In this document: piece after piece, positions 16,189-25,907 of the stretch | How the letters are laid out: each line of letters opens with the position of its first letter | How positions within the stretch are numbered: the stretch's first letter is position 1 | Assembly: GCA_944390045.1 (NCBI GenBank) | Contig: CALXOO010000004.1 | Location: 4,464 to 68,463 of the forward strand | DNA from: an uncultured Spirochaetales bacterium | GTDB lineage: Bacteria > Spirochaetota > Spirochaetia > Sphaerochaetales > Sphaerochaetaceae | DNA length: 64,000 bases | Direction: 5' to 3' | The notes under the pieces: model-generated | The model's input: only the letters and a program-made list of their open reading frames with translations | Told to the model about the DNA's origin: nothing | Databases searched by the model: none | Made by a program: the position numbers and the translations under genes

Positions 16189-16886
16189 GCAACAGATATG
16201 AGCGCCAGGCAGGCGCATGGGTCTACGATGAGCTGAGAGAGCGCATTGAGAATCTTGTCTACAAGCCGGGCCAGGAGCTTCAGACTGCCAGTCTGACCCT
16301 GGACCTGGGGCTCTCCCGCTCCCCGGTCAGGGATGCCCTGCTGCGACTGGAAAGGGACCGTCTGGTTGACATCTTTCCGCAGAAGGGAACGCGGGTCGCA
16401 TTCCTTGACCGGAAGATAATCCTCCAGGAGCGGTTCCTCCGCCAGACTCTTGAGGTCAGGATCTTCGAGGAATTTCTCCGCAAGGAATACAGCCAGAAGG
16501 ACAGGCTCATCCTGATGAGCCGGCTTGACGGTGCCCTGCTGCAGCAGAAGACTGCCCTGCTCACATCGGACAGCGTCGCCTTCCTCTCCTCAGATATGGC
16601 CTTCCACAGGATTTTCTATGACGAGCTCAACTATGAGCGGATCTACAAGGTCGTGATGGCCCACACCGGCAATGAAAGGCGCATCAGGCTGCTGAACAAT
16701 CAGGTCGGCAATGTGATGGAGAATGTCTACAACGAGCACAGGGCCATAGCGGATGCCATAGGCAGCGGAGACAGGGAGAGTGCCGCACGGCTGCTTGGCG
16801 GCCACTTCGGCAAGCTCAGTGAGGAACTCGACATGCTGGTCAAGGTCTTCCCCACTTATTTCACGGACGATTCGACGAGACAGTAA
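16185..16886 (+). CDS. GntR/FadR-family transcriptional regulator
   Basis: ATG 16185 overlaps the uxuA stop (ATGA). N-terminal wHTH (LTLDLGLSRSPVRDALLRLERDRLV) plus an FCD-like C-terminal domain. Confidence 0.8.
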   Translation: MSNRYERQAGAWVYDELRERIENLVYKPGQELQTASLTLDLGLSRSPVRDALLRLERDRLVDIFPQKGTRVAFLDRKIILQERFLRQTLEVRIFEEFLRKEYSQKDRLILMSRLDGALLQQKTALLTSDSVAFLSSDMAFHRIFYDELNYERIYKVVMAHTGNERRIRLLNNQVGNVMENVYNEHRAIADAIGSGDRESAARLLGGHFGKLSEELDMLVKVFPTYFTDDSTRQ

Positions 16887-16895
16887 GGAGAAACT

Positions 16896-18506
16896 ATGAA
16901 ACTGACACTTGAGGATATGAGAAAGGGCCAGGGCTGGGACGGCTACCGCCTGCCCGCCTTTGACTATGACAGTGTGAAGAAGAACACAATGGAGCGCCCC
17001 CGCTGGGTACACTTCGGCAGCGGCAACATATTCCGCATCTTCCCGGCAAAGCTCTGCCAGAGACTTCTGGATGCGGGGCAGACTGATACAGGAATCATCG
17101 CAGGAGAGGGTTTTGACGGTGAGATCATCGACAGGATCTACAAACCGCATGACAATCTCACACTGGCTGTCACGCTCAAGGCCGACGGCTCGATCGAAAA
17201 GGAAGTCATCGCCTCCGTCACAGAAGCCGTGAAGTGTTCCAGGGAAGACGAAGCAGAATGGAACATACTGCTCAGGGCCTTCACGAATCCTTCCCTGCAG
17301 ATGGTGTCATTCACGATCACGGAAAAGGGTTATGCGCTTTATAATCCGTCCGGTGAGCTCTTCAGCTTCTATGCAGAGGATTTCAGGAAGCCTGCGGCCG
17401 AGTCCTCGGTCTTCCTGTGCAGCCTCACATACCTGATCTACCGCAGATGGAAGGAGAACCAGGCCCCGCTTGCCCTTGTCTCAATGGACAACTGCTCGCA
17501 TAACGGCGACAAGCTGAAGGCGGCCGTGATGACCATAGCCAAGGCCTATGTCGACAACGGAAGCTTCGAGCCGGCCTATCTGGACTATCTGCAGGATGAG
17601 TCGAAGATCAGCTTCCCGATCTCAATGATTGACAAGATCACACCGCGTCCGGATGAGAGTGTGCGCAAGATGCTTGAAGCCGACGGCTTTGAGGACAGCG
17701 AGCCGATCATCACGTCAAAGCACACATACATCGCCCCCTTCGTGAATGCGGAAGAGGCGGAATACCTCGTGATCGAGGACAAGTTCCCAGCAGGCCGGCC
17801 TGCCCTTGAAAAGGCCGGAGTCTACTTCTGCGACAGGGAGACAGTGGACAAGGTCGAGAGGATGAAGGTCACCACCTGTCTCAACCCACTGCACACTGCC
17901 CTCGCCCTTTCAGGCTGTCTGCTTGGCTACACCCTGATCAGCAGGGAGATGCAGGATGAGGATCTCAGCAAAATGGTCCATATCCTGGGCTACAGGGAAG
18001 GTCTGCCGGTCGTCACCGATCCCGGAATCATAAAGCCGAAGGCCTTCATAGACGAGGTTCTTGAGAAGAGAATTCCAAATCCCTTCATGCCCGACACTCC
18101 GCAGCGCATTGCAACCGACACCAGCCAGAAGCTCTCAATCCGCTTTGGTGAGACAATCAAGAGTTACCTGGCAAGCGACAGCCTTGACGTGAAGAGCCTG
18201 AAGGTCGTCCCGCTGGTCTATGCGCTGTATCTGCGCTACCTCATGGCCATCGATGACGAGGGAAACAGCTTCACGCTGAGTCCTGATCCGATGACGGAGA
18301 CACTGCAGCCGATGCTCTCGTCTGTGACTTTCGGTGACAGCGGAGACTTCAGCAAAGTGCTCGCACCCCTCCTCTCGAATGAGAAGATCTTCGGCCTTGA
18401 TGTGACAAAGACAGATCTCTACCCCGTCGTCGTCGCGGACTTTGCCAGAATGGTCAGCGGAAAAGGAATGGTAAGGGCGACAATTCATGATGTCGTCAAC
18501 AGCTGA
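16896..18506 (+). CDS. uxuB: mannitol-dehydrogenase-family oxidoreductase, probably fructuronate (D-mannonate) reductase
   Basis: 536 aa. N-terminal VHFGSGNIFRIF Rossmann start typical of the long-chain mannitol dehydrogenase family. The context with uxuA supports the call. Confidence 0.7.
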   Translation: MKLTLEDMRKGQGWDGYRLPAFDYDSVKKNTMERPRWVHFGSGNIFRIFPAKLCQRLLDAGQTDTGIIAGEGFDGEIIDRIYKPHDNLTLAVTLKADGSIEKEVIASVTEAVKCSREDEAEWNILLRAFTNPSLQMVSFTITEKGYALYNPSGELFSFYAEDFRKPAAESSVFLCSLTYLIYRRWKENQAPLALVSMDNCSHNGDKLKAAVMTIAKAYVDNGSFEPAYLDYLQDESKISFPISMIDKITPRPDESVRKMLEADGFEDSEPIITSKHTYIAPFVNAEEAEYLVIEDKFPAGRPALEKAGVYFCDRETVDKVERMKVTTCLNPLHTALALSGCLLGYTLISREMQDEDLSKMVHILGYREGLPVVTDPGIIKPKAFIDEVLEKRIPNPFMPDTPQRIATDTSQKLSIRFGETIKSYLASDSLDVKSLKVVPLVYALYLRYLMAIDDEGNSFTLSPDPMTETLQPMLSSVTFGDSGDFSKVLAPLLSNEKIFGLDVTKTDLYPVVVADFARMVSGKGMVRATIHDVVNS

Positions 18507-18526
18507 GACATGCTGACCCGGGTCAT

Positions 18527-18560
18527 GGCGGACGGCCGGAAGGCTGCCCGCCATTTTTCT
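18527..18560 (+). terminator. Rho-independent terminator after uxuB
   Basis: GGCGGACGGCC-GGAA-GGCTGCCCGCC (one mismatch, one wobble) followed by ATTTTTCTCTCC. Confidence 0.65.
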
Positions 18561-18629
18561 CTCCAGACATGCTGGACAGAATACCTTTACCGGGATCCGC
18601 TTTGGCACCACGGCATGCAGAGTCTGTCA

Positions 18630-18663
18630 GGACAAAGCAAAGGACCCGGATTCCTCCGGGTCC
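18630..18663 (-). terminator. terminator of the oadB operon
   Basis: Minus strand GGACCCGGA-GGAA-TCCGGGTCC (18663-18642) followed by TTTGCTTTGTCC. Confidence 0.6.
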
Positions 18664-18684
18664 CTGTATGTGAATTACGGATGA

Positions 18685-18807
18685 TTACTTGTCCTTCTTC
18701 TTGCCGCCTGTGATCTTGTTGAGGATCACGAGAGCCACGAAGAGGATTCCAAGGGCGCCCGCAAGCAGGCCCCAGCTCTGGAGTGCCAGCAAAATAGGAT
18801 TAGGCAT
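18685..18807 (-). CDS. 40-aa single-TM membrane peptide (possibly OadG-like small subunit)
   Basis: Below track cutoff. ATG 18807 preceded by GGAGG, 13 nt after the oadB stop. MPNPILLALQSWGLLAGALGILFVALVILNKITGGKKKDK. Confidence 0.45.
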   Translation of the reverse strand: MPNPILLALQSWGLLAGALGILFVALVILNKITGGKKKDK

Positions 18808-18819
18808 ATCGTACCTCCA

Positions 18820-19917
18820 TCAACCGAAGAACGGGATCAGCTCGCTGAGGAGAAGTCCTCCTGCGAGAACGGAAGCGATCTGTCCGGAGACGTTGGCTCC
18901 GAGGGCGAAGGGAAGCAGATGATTCTGCTTGTTGGCCTCGATACCAACCTTCTGGACAACACGGCTCGACATCGGGAATGCAGAGATTCCGGCGCCGCCG
19001 ATGAGCGGATTGATCTTCTTGTCCCTGGGCAGGAAGATGTTGACGATCTTGAGGAACACGACACCGCAGGCCGTGTCGAAGATGAATGCGACAAGACCGA
19101 AAGCCATGATCATCAGTGTAGCAGGCTGCAGGAGCGCGTCTCCCCTCATCATCGGGCTGATGGCCAGACCGAGCAGGAGGGTAATGAGCGGGCTGAGCAT
19201 GTCCTGGGCAGCTCTTGAGAGGGAGTCGAGGACTCCGCATTCCCTGAGCAGGTTGCCGAACATCAGCATGCCGACAAGGGCGGCTGAATCCGGAGCCAGG
19301 ATTCCGCAGACAATCGTGGTGACGATCGGGAAGATGATCCTTGTCGTCTTTGAGACGGCGGAGGGCTTGTAGTGCATCTGGATGGCCCTCTCCTTCTTTG
19401 TCGTCGTTGCCTTGAGGACGACCGGCTGTATCATGGGCACGAGGGCCATGTAGCAGTAGGCGACGACAAGAATGGCCGCGACATAGTTGGAGTGCAGACG
19501 CTGGCTGACGAGGATGGCCGTAGGGCCGTCCGCCGCACCGATGATACCGATACTCGCGGCATCATTGAGCGGGAAGCCGAGCATGCTGGCAAGGATCATC
19601 GAAATGAAGATACCTCCCTGGCCAGCCGCGCCGATGAAGATCAGCCAAGGCTTCGAAATAAGCGGTCCGAAATCGATCATCGCACCGATTCCGATGAAGA
19701 GAAGAAGCGGGAAAGCTTCCGCGCTCTCGATACCCACACTGTACAGCCACTGCAGGATAGCGTTGTCCTGAAGCATGACCGAACCGGGAAGGTTGACGAG
19801 AATCGCTCCGAATCCCATGGGGAGAAGGAGTGTCGGCTCCATCTCCTTCTTGATGGCGAGGTAGATCAGAATCAAACCTACACCGATCATGATGATGTTC
19901 AGAATGTTCGTGTCCAT
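18820..19917 (-). CDS. sodium-ion-translocating decarboxylase beta subunit (OadB/GcdB/MmdB family)
   Basis: Polytopic membrane protein with IIGAADGPT, FGNLLRECGV and GGAGISAFPMSSRVVQK, which I recognise from OadB-type pumps. Start is ATG 19917 (or 19926). Confidence 0.8.
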   Translation of the reverse strand: MDTNILNIIMIGVGLILIYLAIKKEMEPTLLLPMGFGAILVNLPGSVMLQDNAILQWLYSVGIESAEAFPLLLFIGIGAMIDFGPLISKPWLIFIGAAGQGGIFISMILASMLGFPLNDAASIGIIGAADGPTAILVSQRLHSNYVAAILVVAYCYMALVPMIQPVVLKATTTKKERAIQMHYKPSAVSKTTRIIFPIVTTIVCGILAPDSAALVGMLMFGNLLRECGVLDSLSRAAQDMLSPLITLLLGLAISPMMRGDALLQPATLMIMAFGLVAFIFDTACGVVFLKIVNIFLPRDKKINPLIGGAGISAFPMSSRVVQKVGIEANKQNHLLPFALGANVSGQIASVLAGGLLLSELIPFFG

Positions 19918-20041
19918 AAGGCACATTATAATACACGTTTGCCGTATTGTACTCCATAACCGGCGCCCCGGCCCACACTAAAAAATCAATTATGTTCAAA
20001 AGTAAGCAAATCAGGGGTCAAAAATATCTCAAAATTTTTTG

Positions 20042-20070
20042 TTGACCGGTTTAGAAAACCGATTTAGCAT
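20042..20070 (+). promoter_or_regulatory. candidate promoter of the CUT1 ABC operon with overlapping direct repeats
   Basis: TTGACC (20042-20047), 17-nt spacer, TAGCAT (20065-20070). ACCGGTTTAG (20045-20054) and ACCGATTTAG (20058-20067) are repeated 13 bp apart. Confidence 0.35.
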
Positions 20071-20143
20071 ATGTGAAGAAAAGGAGGAGATGTACACAAA
20101 GCACCCCCTTCATCCAAGCAGAATTCAAAAGGAGAAAAAGAGA

Positions 20144-21481
20144 ATGAGAAAAGCATTGACAATCATGCTGATCGCCCTGGTCGCAGTCTCTTCAGTCTTC
20201 GCCAACGGCGGAGCCGAGTCATCTGGCAAGACCGAGGTCTACTTCCTCAACTTCAAGCCGGAGATCGCCGACGTATATACAAACGTGGTCGAGCCGGCAT
20301 TCGAGGCAGCATATCCGCAGTATGACCTGAAGGTCGTCACCGCAGCTTCGAACCAGTATCAGACAACACTGAGAAGCGAGCTCAGCAAGAGTGCTCCTCC
20401 CGTGATCTTCCAGGTCAACGGACCCGTCGGCATCCAGGAGAACATCAACACTGTCGCCCCGCTCCAGGACACGGACTTCTACAACCTGCTGGCAGACAAG
20501 GGCATGGCCCTCTCCACTGACGGCAATGTCGTGGCTGTCCCATATGCAGTCGAGGGATACGGCATCATCTACAATGACGCCATCATGAGAAAGTACTTCG
20601 CACTCCCCGACAAGGCAGTTGACATCAGCAGCGCCGAGGAAATCTCCAACTTCGAGACACTCAAGGCAGTCGTCGAAGACATGTCGAAGCACCTTGACGA
20701 ACTGGGAATCCAGGGCGTCTTCGCCTCCACATCCTTCATGCCCGGCAGTGAGTGGAGATGGACGACTCACCTCGTGAACCCCGCCCTCGTGGCAGAGTTC
20801 GGCGATCTGGCAACGGCACAGGCCGCAGCCACATTCAGCTTCACGGCAAGCGAGAACTTCAAGAACCTCTTCGACCTCTATCTTGACAACTCTGTCACAC
20901 CCAGGACGATGGTCGGATCCAGGGCCGATGCCGACAGCATGGCCGAGTTCGCCCTCGGACAGGTCGCGATGGTCCAGAACGGCAACTGGGCAGCCGCCCA
21001 GATCCTCGGAACGACAGGCAACGTCGTTGCTGACGATGACATCAAGTTCCTGCCTCTGTACATGGGCATCGAGGGTGAAGAGTCACAGGGCATCTGCGTA
21101 GGCACAGAGAACTACCTGGCATTCAACAAGAACGCCTCTCCTGAGGCCCTCGAGGGCGCAGACACCTTCCTTACCTGGCTGTTCAGCAGCGACGAAGGCA
21201 AGCCGATCGTCACAAATGACCTGATGTTCATCACACCCTTCTCGACCTTCTCAGCCGATGAGGTTCCAAACGATCCTCTGGCCCGCCAGGTCAACATCTG
21301 GATGAACAAGGACGGCGTCTCAAGCGTGCCATGGATCTTCAACGGAATTCCTTCCGAGCAGTGGAAGGCTGACTTCGCACAGGCTATGCTCGAGTACATC
21401 AACGGCCGCTACACCTGGGATCAGGTCACGCAGGTTGCGATTGATGCCTGGGCACGCGAGGCGGAGATCTACGGCAGATAA
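20144..21481 (+). CDS. ABC transporter (CUT1) sugar-binding protein
   Basis: ATG 20144 after AAAAGGAGAAA. Signal MRKALTIMLIALVAVSSVFANGG. Family-1 solute-binding protein length and pattern, followed by two permeases. Confidence 0.85.
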   Translation: MRKALTIMLIALVAVSSVFANGGAESSGKTEVYFLNFKPEIADVYTNVVEPAFEAAYPQYDLKVVTAASNQYQTTLRSELSKSAPPVIFQVNGPVGIQENINTVAPLQDTDFYNLLADKGMALSTDGNVVAVPYAVEGYGIIYNDAIMRKYFALPDKAVDISSAEEISNFETLKAVVEDMSKHLDELGIQGVFASTSFMPGSEWRWTTHLVNPALVAEFGDLATAQAAATFSFTASENFKNLFDLYLDNSVTPRTMVGSRADADSMAEFALGQVAMVQNGNWAAAQILGTTGNVVADDDIKFLPLYMGIEGEESQGICVGTENYLAFNKNASPEALEGADTFLTWLFSSDEGKPIVTNDLMFITPFSTFSADEVPNDPLARQVNIWMNKDGVSSVPWIFNGIPSEQWKADFAQAMLEYINGRYTWDQVTQVAIDAWAREAEIYGR

Positions 21482-21550
21482 GTGCCATGAAACGATGAGG
21501 GCCGCCAGCTGGCGGCTCTCTTCGTAATAGCTCCATCTGAGGTTGCACAT

Positions 21551-22396
21551 ATGGAAAAGACACTGAGAAAATACTTTGCCCTCTTCGCCCTGCCGGCACT
21601 CATATGTTTCGCACTGGCATTCTTCATTCCGATGGTCTGGGGCTTTATTCTTTCCTTCTGTGAGTTCACGACCATCACGGATGCCTCATTTGTTGGCCTG
21701 CAGAACTACATAAGGGCATTCACAGTCGACAACTACTTCACCCAGGCCTTCTGGTTCACGCTGGGATTCACAATCGTGACGGTGATCACGATCAACATCC
21801 TGGCCTTCGCCCTCGCACTCGTCCTGACGAAGAATGTCCCGGGCACAAATGCATTCAGGACAATCTTCTTCATGCCGAACCTGATCGGCGGAATCGTCCT
21901 GGGCTGGATCTGGCAGGTCGTGCTCAACGGCGTACTGGCCAGTTTTGAGCAGACTCTGCTTTCTGATGCCAAATACGGCTTCTGGGGCCTGGTGATCCTG
22001 ATGAACTGGCAGAACATCGGTTACATGATGGTCATCTACATCGCCGCGATCCAGAACATACCGGCCGATATGCTGGAGGCCGCCTCCATAGACGGAGCCG
22101 ACGGAAAGACCACGCTGTTCAGGATAACGATTCCCTCGGTCATGCCGAGCATCACGATCTGTATGTTCCTGACGCTGACAAACGGCTTCAAGCTCTATGA
22201 CCAGAACCTCGCACTTACCAACGGTGCCCCGAACCACCAGACTGAAATGCTGGCCCTGAACATCTTCAACACATTCTACTCCAGGGTCGGTTTCGAGGGC
22301 GTCGGCCAGGCAAAGGCCGTGATGTTCACAATACTCGTCGCGGCAATCGCGCTGATACAGCTAGTTGCGACAAGAAGCAGGGAGGTCGAGAACTGA
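21551..22396 (+). CDS. ABC sugar permease (MalF/UgpA-type)
   Basis: 6-TM pattern and an EAA-loop-like LEAASIDGADGKTTLFRITIP. Confidence 0.85.
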   Translation: MEKTLRKYFALFALPALICFALAFFIPMVWGFILSFCEFTTITDASFVGLQNYIRAFTVDNYFTQAFWFTLGFTIVTVITINILAFALALVLTKNVPGTNAFRTIFFMPNLIGGIVLGWIWQVVLNGVLASFEQTLLSDAKYGFWGLVILMNWQNIGYMMVIYIAAIQNIPADMLEAASIDGADGKTTLFRITIPSVMPSITICMFLTLTNGFKLYDQNLALTNGAPNHQTEMLALNIFNTFYSRVGFEGVGQAKAVMFTILVAAIALIQLVATRSREVEN

Positions 22397-22397
22397 T

Positions 22398-23240
22398 ATG
22401 GCAATGGTAGGAAAAAAATACACCAAGTGGATCATCTTCGCCATTCTTGTGGTCGTGGCCGCATTCATCGTCTTCCCGATCCTCGTGGTCGTGATGAACT
22501 CGTTCAAGGCCAATCTCTTCATCTCGTCAACGGGGGCCTTCCAGCTTCCGAACAGCCAGAGTTTTGTAGGGACGGCGAACTACACGAACGGAATTGACAG
22601 GATCAGCTTCTTCAGCGCCTTCGGCTACTCACTGTGGATCACTGTGGCATCAGTCATCTTCATCCTGCTGCTGACCAGCATGCTGGCCTGGTACATCACC
22701 CGCGTGAAGGGAAAAGTCACAAACATAATCTACTACCTGCTGGTCTTCTCGATGATCGTACCTTTCCAGATGGTCATGTTCACAATGAGCAAGTTCAGCA
22801 ACATGATCCACCTGGACAACCCAATCGGCATCATCGTGCTCTATGTCGGCTTCGGCTGCGGAATGAGCACCTTCATGTTCAGCGGCTTCATAAAGAGCAT
22901 TCCAATTGCGCTCGAGGAGGCGGCGATGATTGACGGGGCAACCCCGGTCAGGACATTCTTCTCAGTCGTGCTTCCCATGCTCAAGAGCACCGCGATCACG
23001 ATCGCGATTCTCGAGACGATGTGGGTCTGGAACGACTACCTGATGCCCTACCTCGTCATCGGAACCGAGTACAGGACCATCCCGGTCGCCATCCAGTACC
23101 TGCGCGGAGGCTATGGCAGCGTTGACATGGGCGCCATGATGGCAATGCTGGTGCTTGCGATGATCCCTGTCATTATCTTCTATCTCTTCTGCCAGAAATA
23201 CATCATCAAGGGTGTTCTGGCCGGAGCGGTCAAGGGCTGA
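22398..23240 (+). CDS. ABC sugar permease (MalG/UgpE-type)
   Basis: ATG 22398 lies 2 nt after the previous stop. EAA loop LEEAAMIDGATPVRTFFSVVLP. Confidence 0.85.
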   Translation: MAMVGKKYTKWIIFAILVVVAAFIVFPILVVVMNSFKANLFISSTGAFQLPNSQSFVGTANYTNGIDRISFFSAFGYSLWITVASVIFILLLTSMLAWYITRVKGKVTNIIYYLLVFSMIVPFQMVMFTMSKFSNMIHLDNPIGIIVLYVGFGCGMSTFMFSGFIKSIPIALEEAAMIDGATPVRTFFSVVLPMLKSTAITIAILETMWVWNDYLMPYLVIGTEYRTIPVAIQYLRGGYGSVDMGAMMAMLVLAMIPVIIFYLFCQKYIIKGVLAGAVKG

Positions 23241-23254
23241 CGGGAGGTGCGCCG

Positions 23255-24289
23255 GTGCAGATGAACAGAAAGAGAATAACAATAGCGGATATCGCAAGGG
23301 AGGCGGGCTACTCAAAGACCGCCGTGTCATTCGCGTTCAATGCACCGGAGCGCATCGGCGCCGCCGCCAGGGAGAAGATACTGGAGACGGCGAGGGCCCT
23401 GAACTATATCCCTGACCAGAGGGCCAGGAACTTCTCGCTCGGGCGTCAGCTGACGCTCGGTTTCCTCCTGCCCCAGGACCTGGATATCTGCCTGGCGAAT
23501 CCCTACATCGTCGAAGTGATGCGGGGACTGGGAAAGATCTGCCAGGACCATGGCTACATGCTCTCAATCATTCCGCCGATCAACGATTCGATCTACGAGG
23601 CTGTGAAGAAGGCGACTGTGGATGGGCTTGTGACCATGGGCTACCTTGTCAGCGGCGGCGTCGGGTCACTTGTGGACCTGATGGCCACACCGCTGGTCAT
23701 GATAGACGGAGGCAAGGACGAGAACTTCCTGTCTGTCAACATCGATGAGGAGAAGGCCAGCTTCATGCAGATGGAGCGCGTCCTGTCACTCGGACACAGA
23801 AGGCTTGCCGTGGTCACACTGCCGGCCCCTACCCTCACACCCAAGGCAGATGACAGGGGAATTGTCTCCCGGCGTCTTTCCGGCTACAGGGCGGCGCTTG
23901 GGAAATATGATGTGCCGCTGTCCTCTGTCCGCTTCTTCAACAACACCGAGACCACATTCGACGATGGCTACAGGGCCGGATGCGAGATCATGGAAAGCGG
24001 GGCGACCTGTGTCGTCACGATGAGTGACATCCAGGCCTATGGCATCATGCACTATCTGAGAGAACACGGAGTGCGCGTTCCGCAGGACATTTCGATCATC
24101 GGTTTCGACAACATCTGCCCGTACAGGGGAGAGAAAAAACTCACAACAGTCAACCAGCCTGCCTACGAGAAGGGGCGCATAGCCGCGCTCACGATGTTTG
24201 ACCTTCTCGAGGGCAGGACGGTTGAATCGGCGCCGCTGGTGCCGTTCAGCATCGTGGAGGGAGAGACGCTCTGCCCTCCGGCCAATTGA
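23255..24289 (+). CDS. LacI-family transcriptional regulator
   Basis: N-terminal HTH ITIADIAREAGYSKTAVSFAFN plus a periplasmic-binding-fold C-terminal domain. Confidence 0.85.
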   Translation: MQMNRKRITIADIAREAGYSKTAVSFAFNAPERIGAAAREKILETARALNYIPDQRARNFSLGRQLTLGFLLPQDLDICLANPYIVEVMRGLGKICQDHGYMLSIIPPINDSIYEAVKKATVDGLVTMGYLVSGGVGSLVDLMATPLVMIDGGKDENFLSVNIDEEKASFMQMERVLSLGHRRLAVVTLPAPTLTPKADDRGIVSRRLSGYRAALGKYDVPLSSVRFFNNTETTFDDGYRAGCEIMESGATCVVTMSDIQAYGIMHYLREHGVRVPQDISIIGFDNICPYRGEKKLTTVNQPAYEKGRIAALTMFDLLEGRTVESAPLVPFSIVEGETLCPPAN

Positions 24290-24302
24290 AGGAGAAAGAC
24301 AC

Positions 24303-25859
24303 ATGGAAACGACAACCGCCAGATACGCGGGTATCCTCTTCCACCCCACAAGCATCAGGACGAAGTATGGCATAGGCGACCTCGGACAGAAGGCCTACCA
24401 GTTCGTCGACAAGCTGCACAGCACTGGAGCCACCCTCTGGCAGATCCTGCCCCTGGGACCGACCGGCTATGGCAACAGCCCCTACGCTTCCCGCTCGACC
24501 TTTGCGGGAAACGAGCTGCTGATAGATCTCGAGACGCTTGTGAGAGAGGGCTATCTCAACCGCAATGACATCGCCTTCCCCCCGGAATACACCACCGGGC
24601 GCGTCGAGTTCGACAGAGTGCGGGAATACAAGCTCCCGCTGCTCAAGCAGGCAGCCAAGGCCTTCCTGCTGAGCCGCAAGGAGAGAATGGCCTTCGCTGA
24701 TTTCAAGAAGCAGAATGAGTCATGGCTCGACAGCTACGCTGTCTTCATGACCCTTTACGATGAGAAGTACCACGATGCCAGATGGATGCTCTGGGATGAG
24801 AAATACAGCCAGCAGACACTGAAGAAGTATTCTGCCCAGGCCGAGATATACAGGGTCCTCCAGTTCTTCTTCCTCAAGCAGTGGCTCAGCCTCAAGGCCT
24901 ATGCCAACAGCTTGGGAATAAAGATCATAGGCGACATCCCCATATTCGTCGGAGCTGACAGCGCTGACACCTGGGCGAATATACATCTCTTCAAGACTGA
25001 CGCAAAAGGAGAATACAGTGCGATCTCAGGCGTTCCGCCAGACAACTTCTCTGCCACCGGACAGCGCTGGGGGAACCCGGTATACGACTGGAAGGTGCAT
25101 GAGGAGACCGGATTTGCCTGGTGGATCGGTCGCATCCGCAAGCAGCTTGAGCTGTGCGACATAATCCGCATTGACCATTTCCGCGGCTTTGACGCCTACT
25201 GGGAGGTGAAGGCAAGCTGTCCGACTGCAGAGGACGGCAAGTGGGTGAAAGCGCCCGGCAAGGCCTTCTTCAAGGTACTGGAAGCCGAGTTCGGTCACCT
25301 GCCGATCATCGCTGAAGATCTGGGCTTCATGACAGAGAGCGTCAACAGACTGAGAAAGAGCAACCATCTTCCGGGAATGAAGATTTTCCAGTTCGGCTTC
25401 ACCAGACTGCCTGACGGCTCCTTCAACACCTGGGACACCTTCCTTCCGCACAACTGGGAAGAAGACTTCGTCGCCTACCCCGGCACTCACGACAATGAGA
25501 CAATACGCGGCTGGTACGACAGCCAGGACGAGGGCATGAAGGATATAGTGCGGCAGTATCTGGGGTCAAATGACGAGGAGATCGTCTGGGCCTTTCTCAC
25601 CTCGCTCATGCTCTCGCATGCCCAGTATGCGATAGTCCAGCTGCAGGATGTGCTGGGTCTTGGCAATGAGGCCAGGATGAACACGCCCAGCACCTGCGGG
25701 GACTTCAACTGGTCATGGAGCGTCGACATAGAAGACTTCACGCCCTGGCACACGGCACGCTTCAGGCACCTTGTGGACATTTCCGGCAGAAACGGAAAGA
25801 CCTATGCAGAGCGGATGGAAGAGCTGAAGCGCAAGACGGGACAGACCGGCAGGGCCTGA
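24303..25859 (+). CDS. malQ: 4-alpha-glucanotransferase (amylomaltase)
   Basis: ATG 24303 after GAAGGAGAAAG. GILFHPTSIRTKYGIGDLG, LGPTGYGNSPY, IDHFRGF and GTHDNETIRGW. Confidence 0.9.
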   Translation: METTTARYAGILFHPTSIRTKYGIGDLGQKAYQFVDKLHSTGATLWQILPLGPTGYGNSPYASRSTFAGNELLIDLETLVREGYLNRNDIAFPPEYTTGRVEFDRVREYKLPLLKQAAKAFLLSRKERMAFADFKKQNESWLDSYAVFMTLYDEKYHDARWMLWDEKYSQQTLKKYSAQAEIYRVLQFFFLKQWLSLKAYANSLGIKIIGDIPIFVGADSADTWANIHLFKTDAKGEYSAISGVPPDNFSATGQRWGNPVYDWKVHEETGFAWWIGRIRKQLELCDIIRIDHFRGFDAYWEVKASCPTAEDGKWVKAPGKAFFKVLEAEFGHLPIIAEDLGFMTESVNRLRKSNHLPGMKIFQFGFTRLPDGSFNTWDTFLPHNWEEDFVAYPGTHDNETIRGWYDSQDEGMKDIVRQYLGSNDEEIVWAFLTSLMLSHAQYAIVQLQDVLGLGNEARMNTPSTCGDFNWSWSVDIEDFTPWHTARFRHLVDISGRNGKTYAERMEELKRKTGQTGRA

Positions 25860-25907
25860 GGCAGCCAGACGGCACCTCCTGCGCCTGTCAGCCCGGGCAG
25901 GGCTGAC

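Noticed and set aside
15307-16218. 303-aa minus-strand ORF; the same applies to other long antisense ORFs at 16590-17150, 29279-29845, 36322-37332, 38189-38815, 52340-52984 and 58559-59278
   Set aside because: All overlap, on the opposite strand, genes with strong family motifs (uxuA, the GntR-family regulator/uxuB, the GXGXG subunit, tnpB, araC, DUF5107, a permease). They are shadow frames of high-GC coding DNA.
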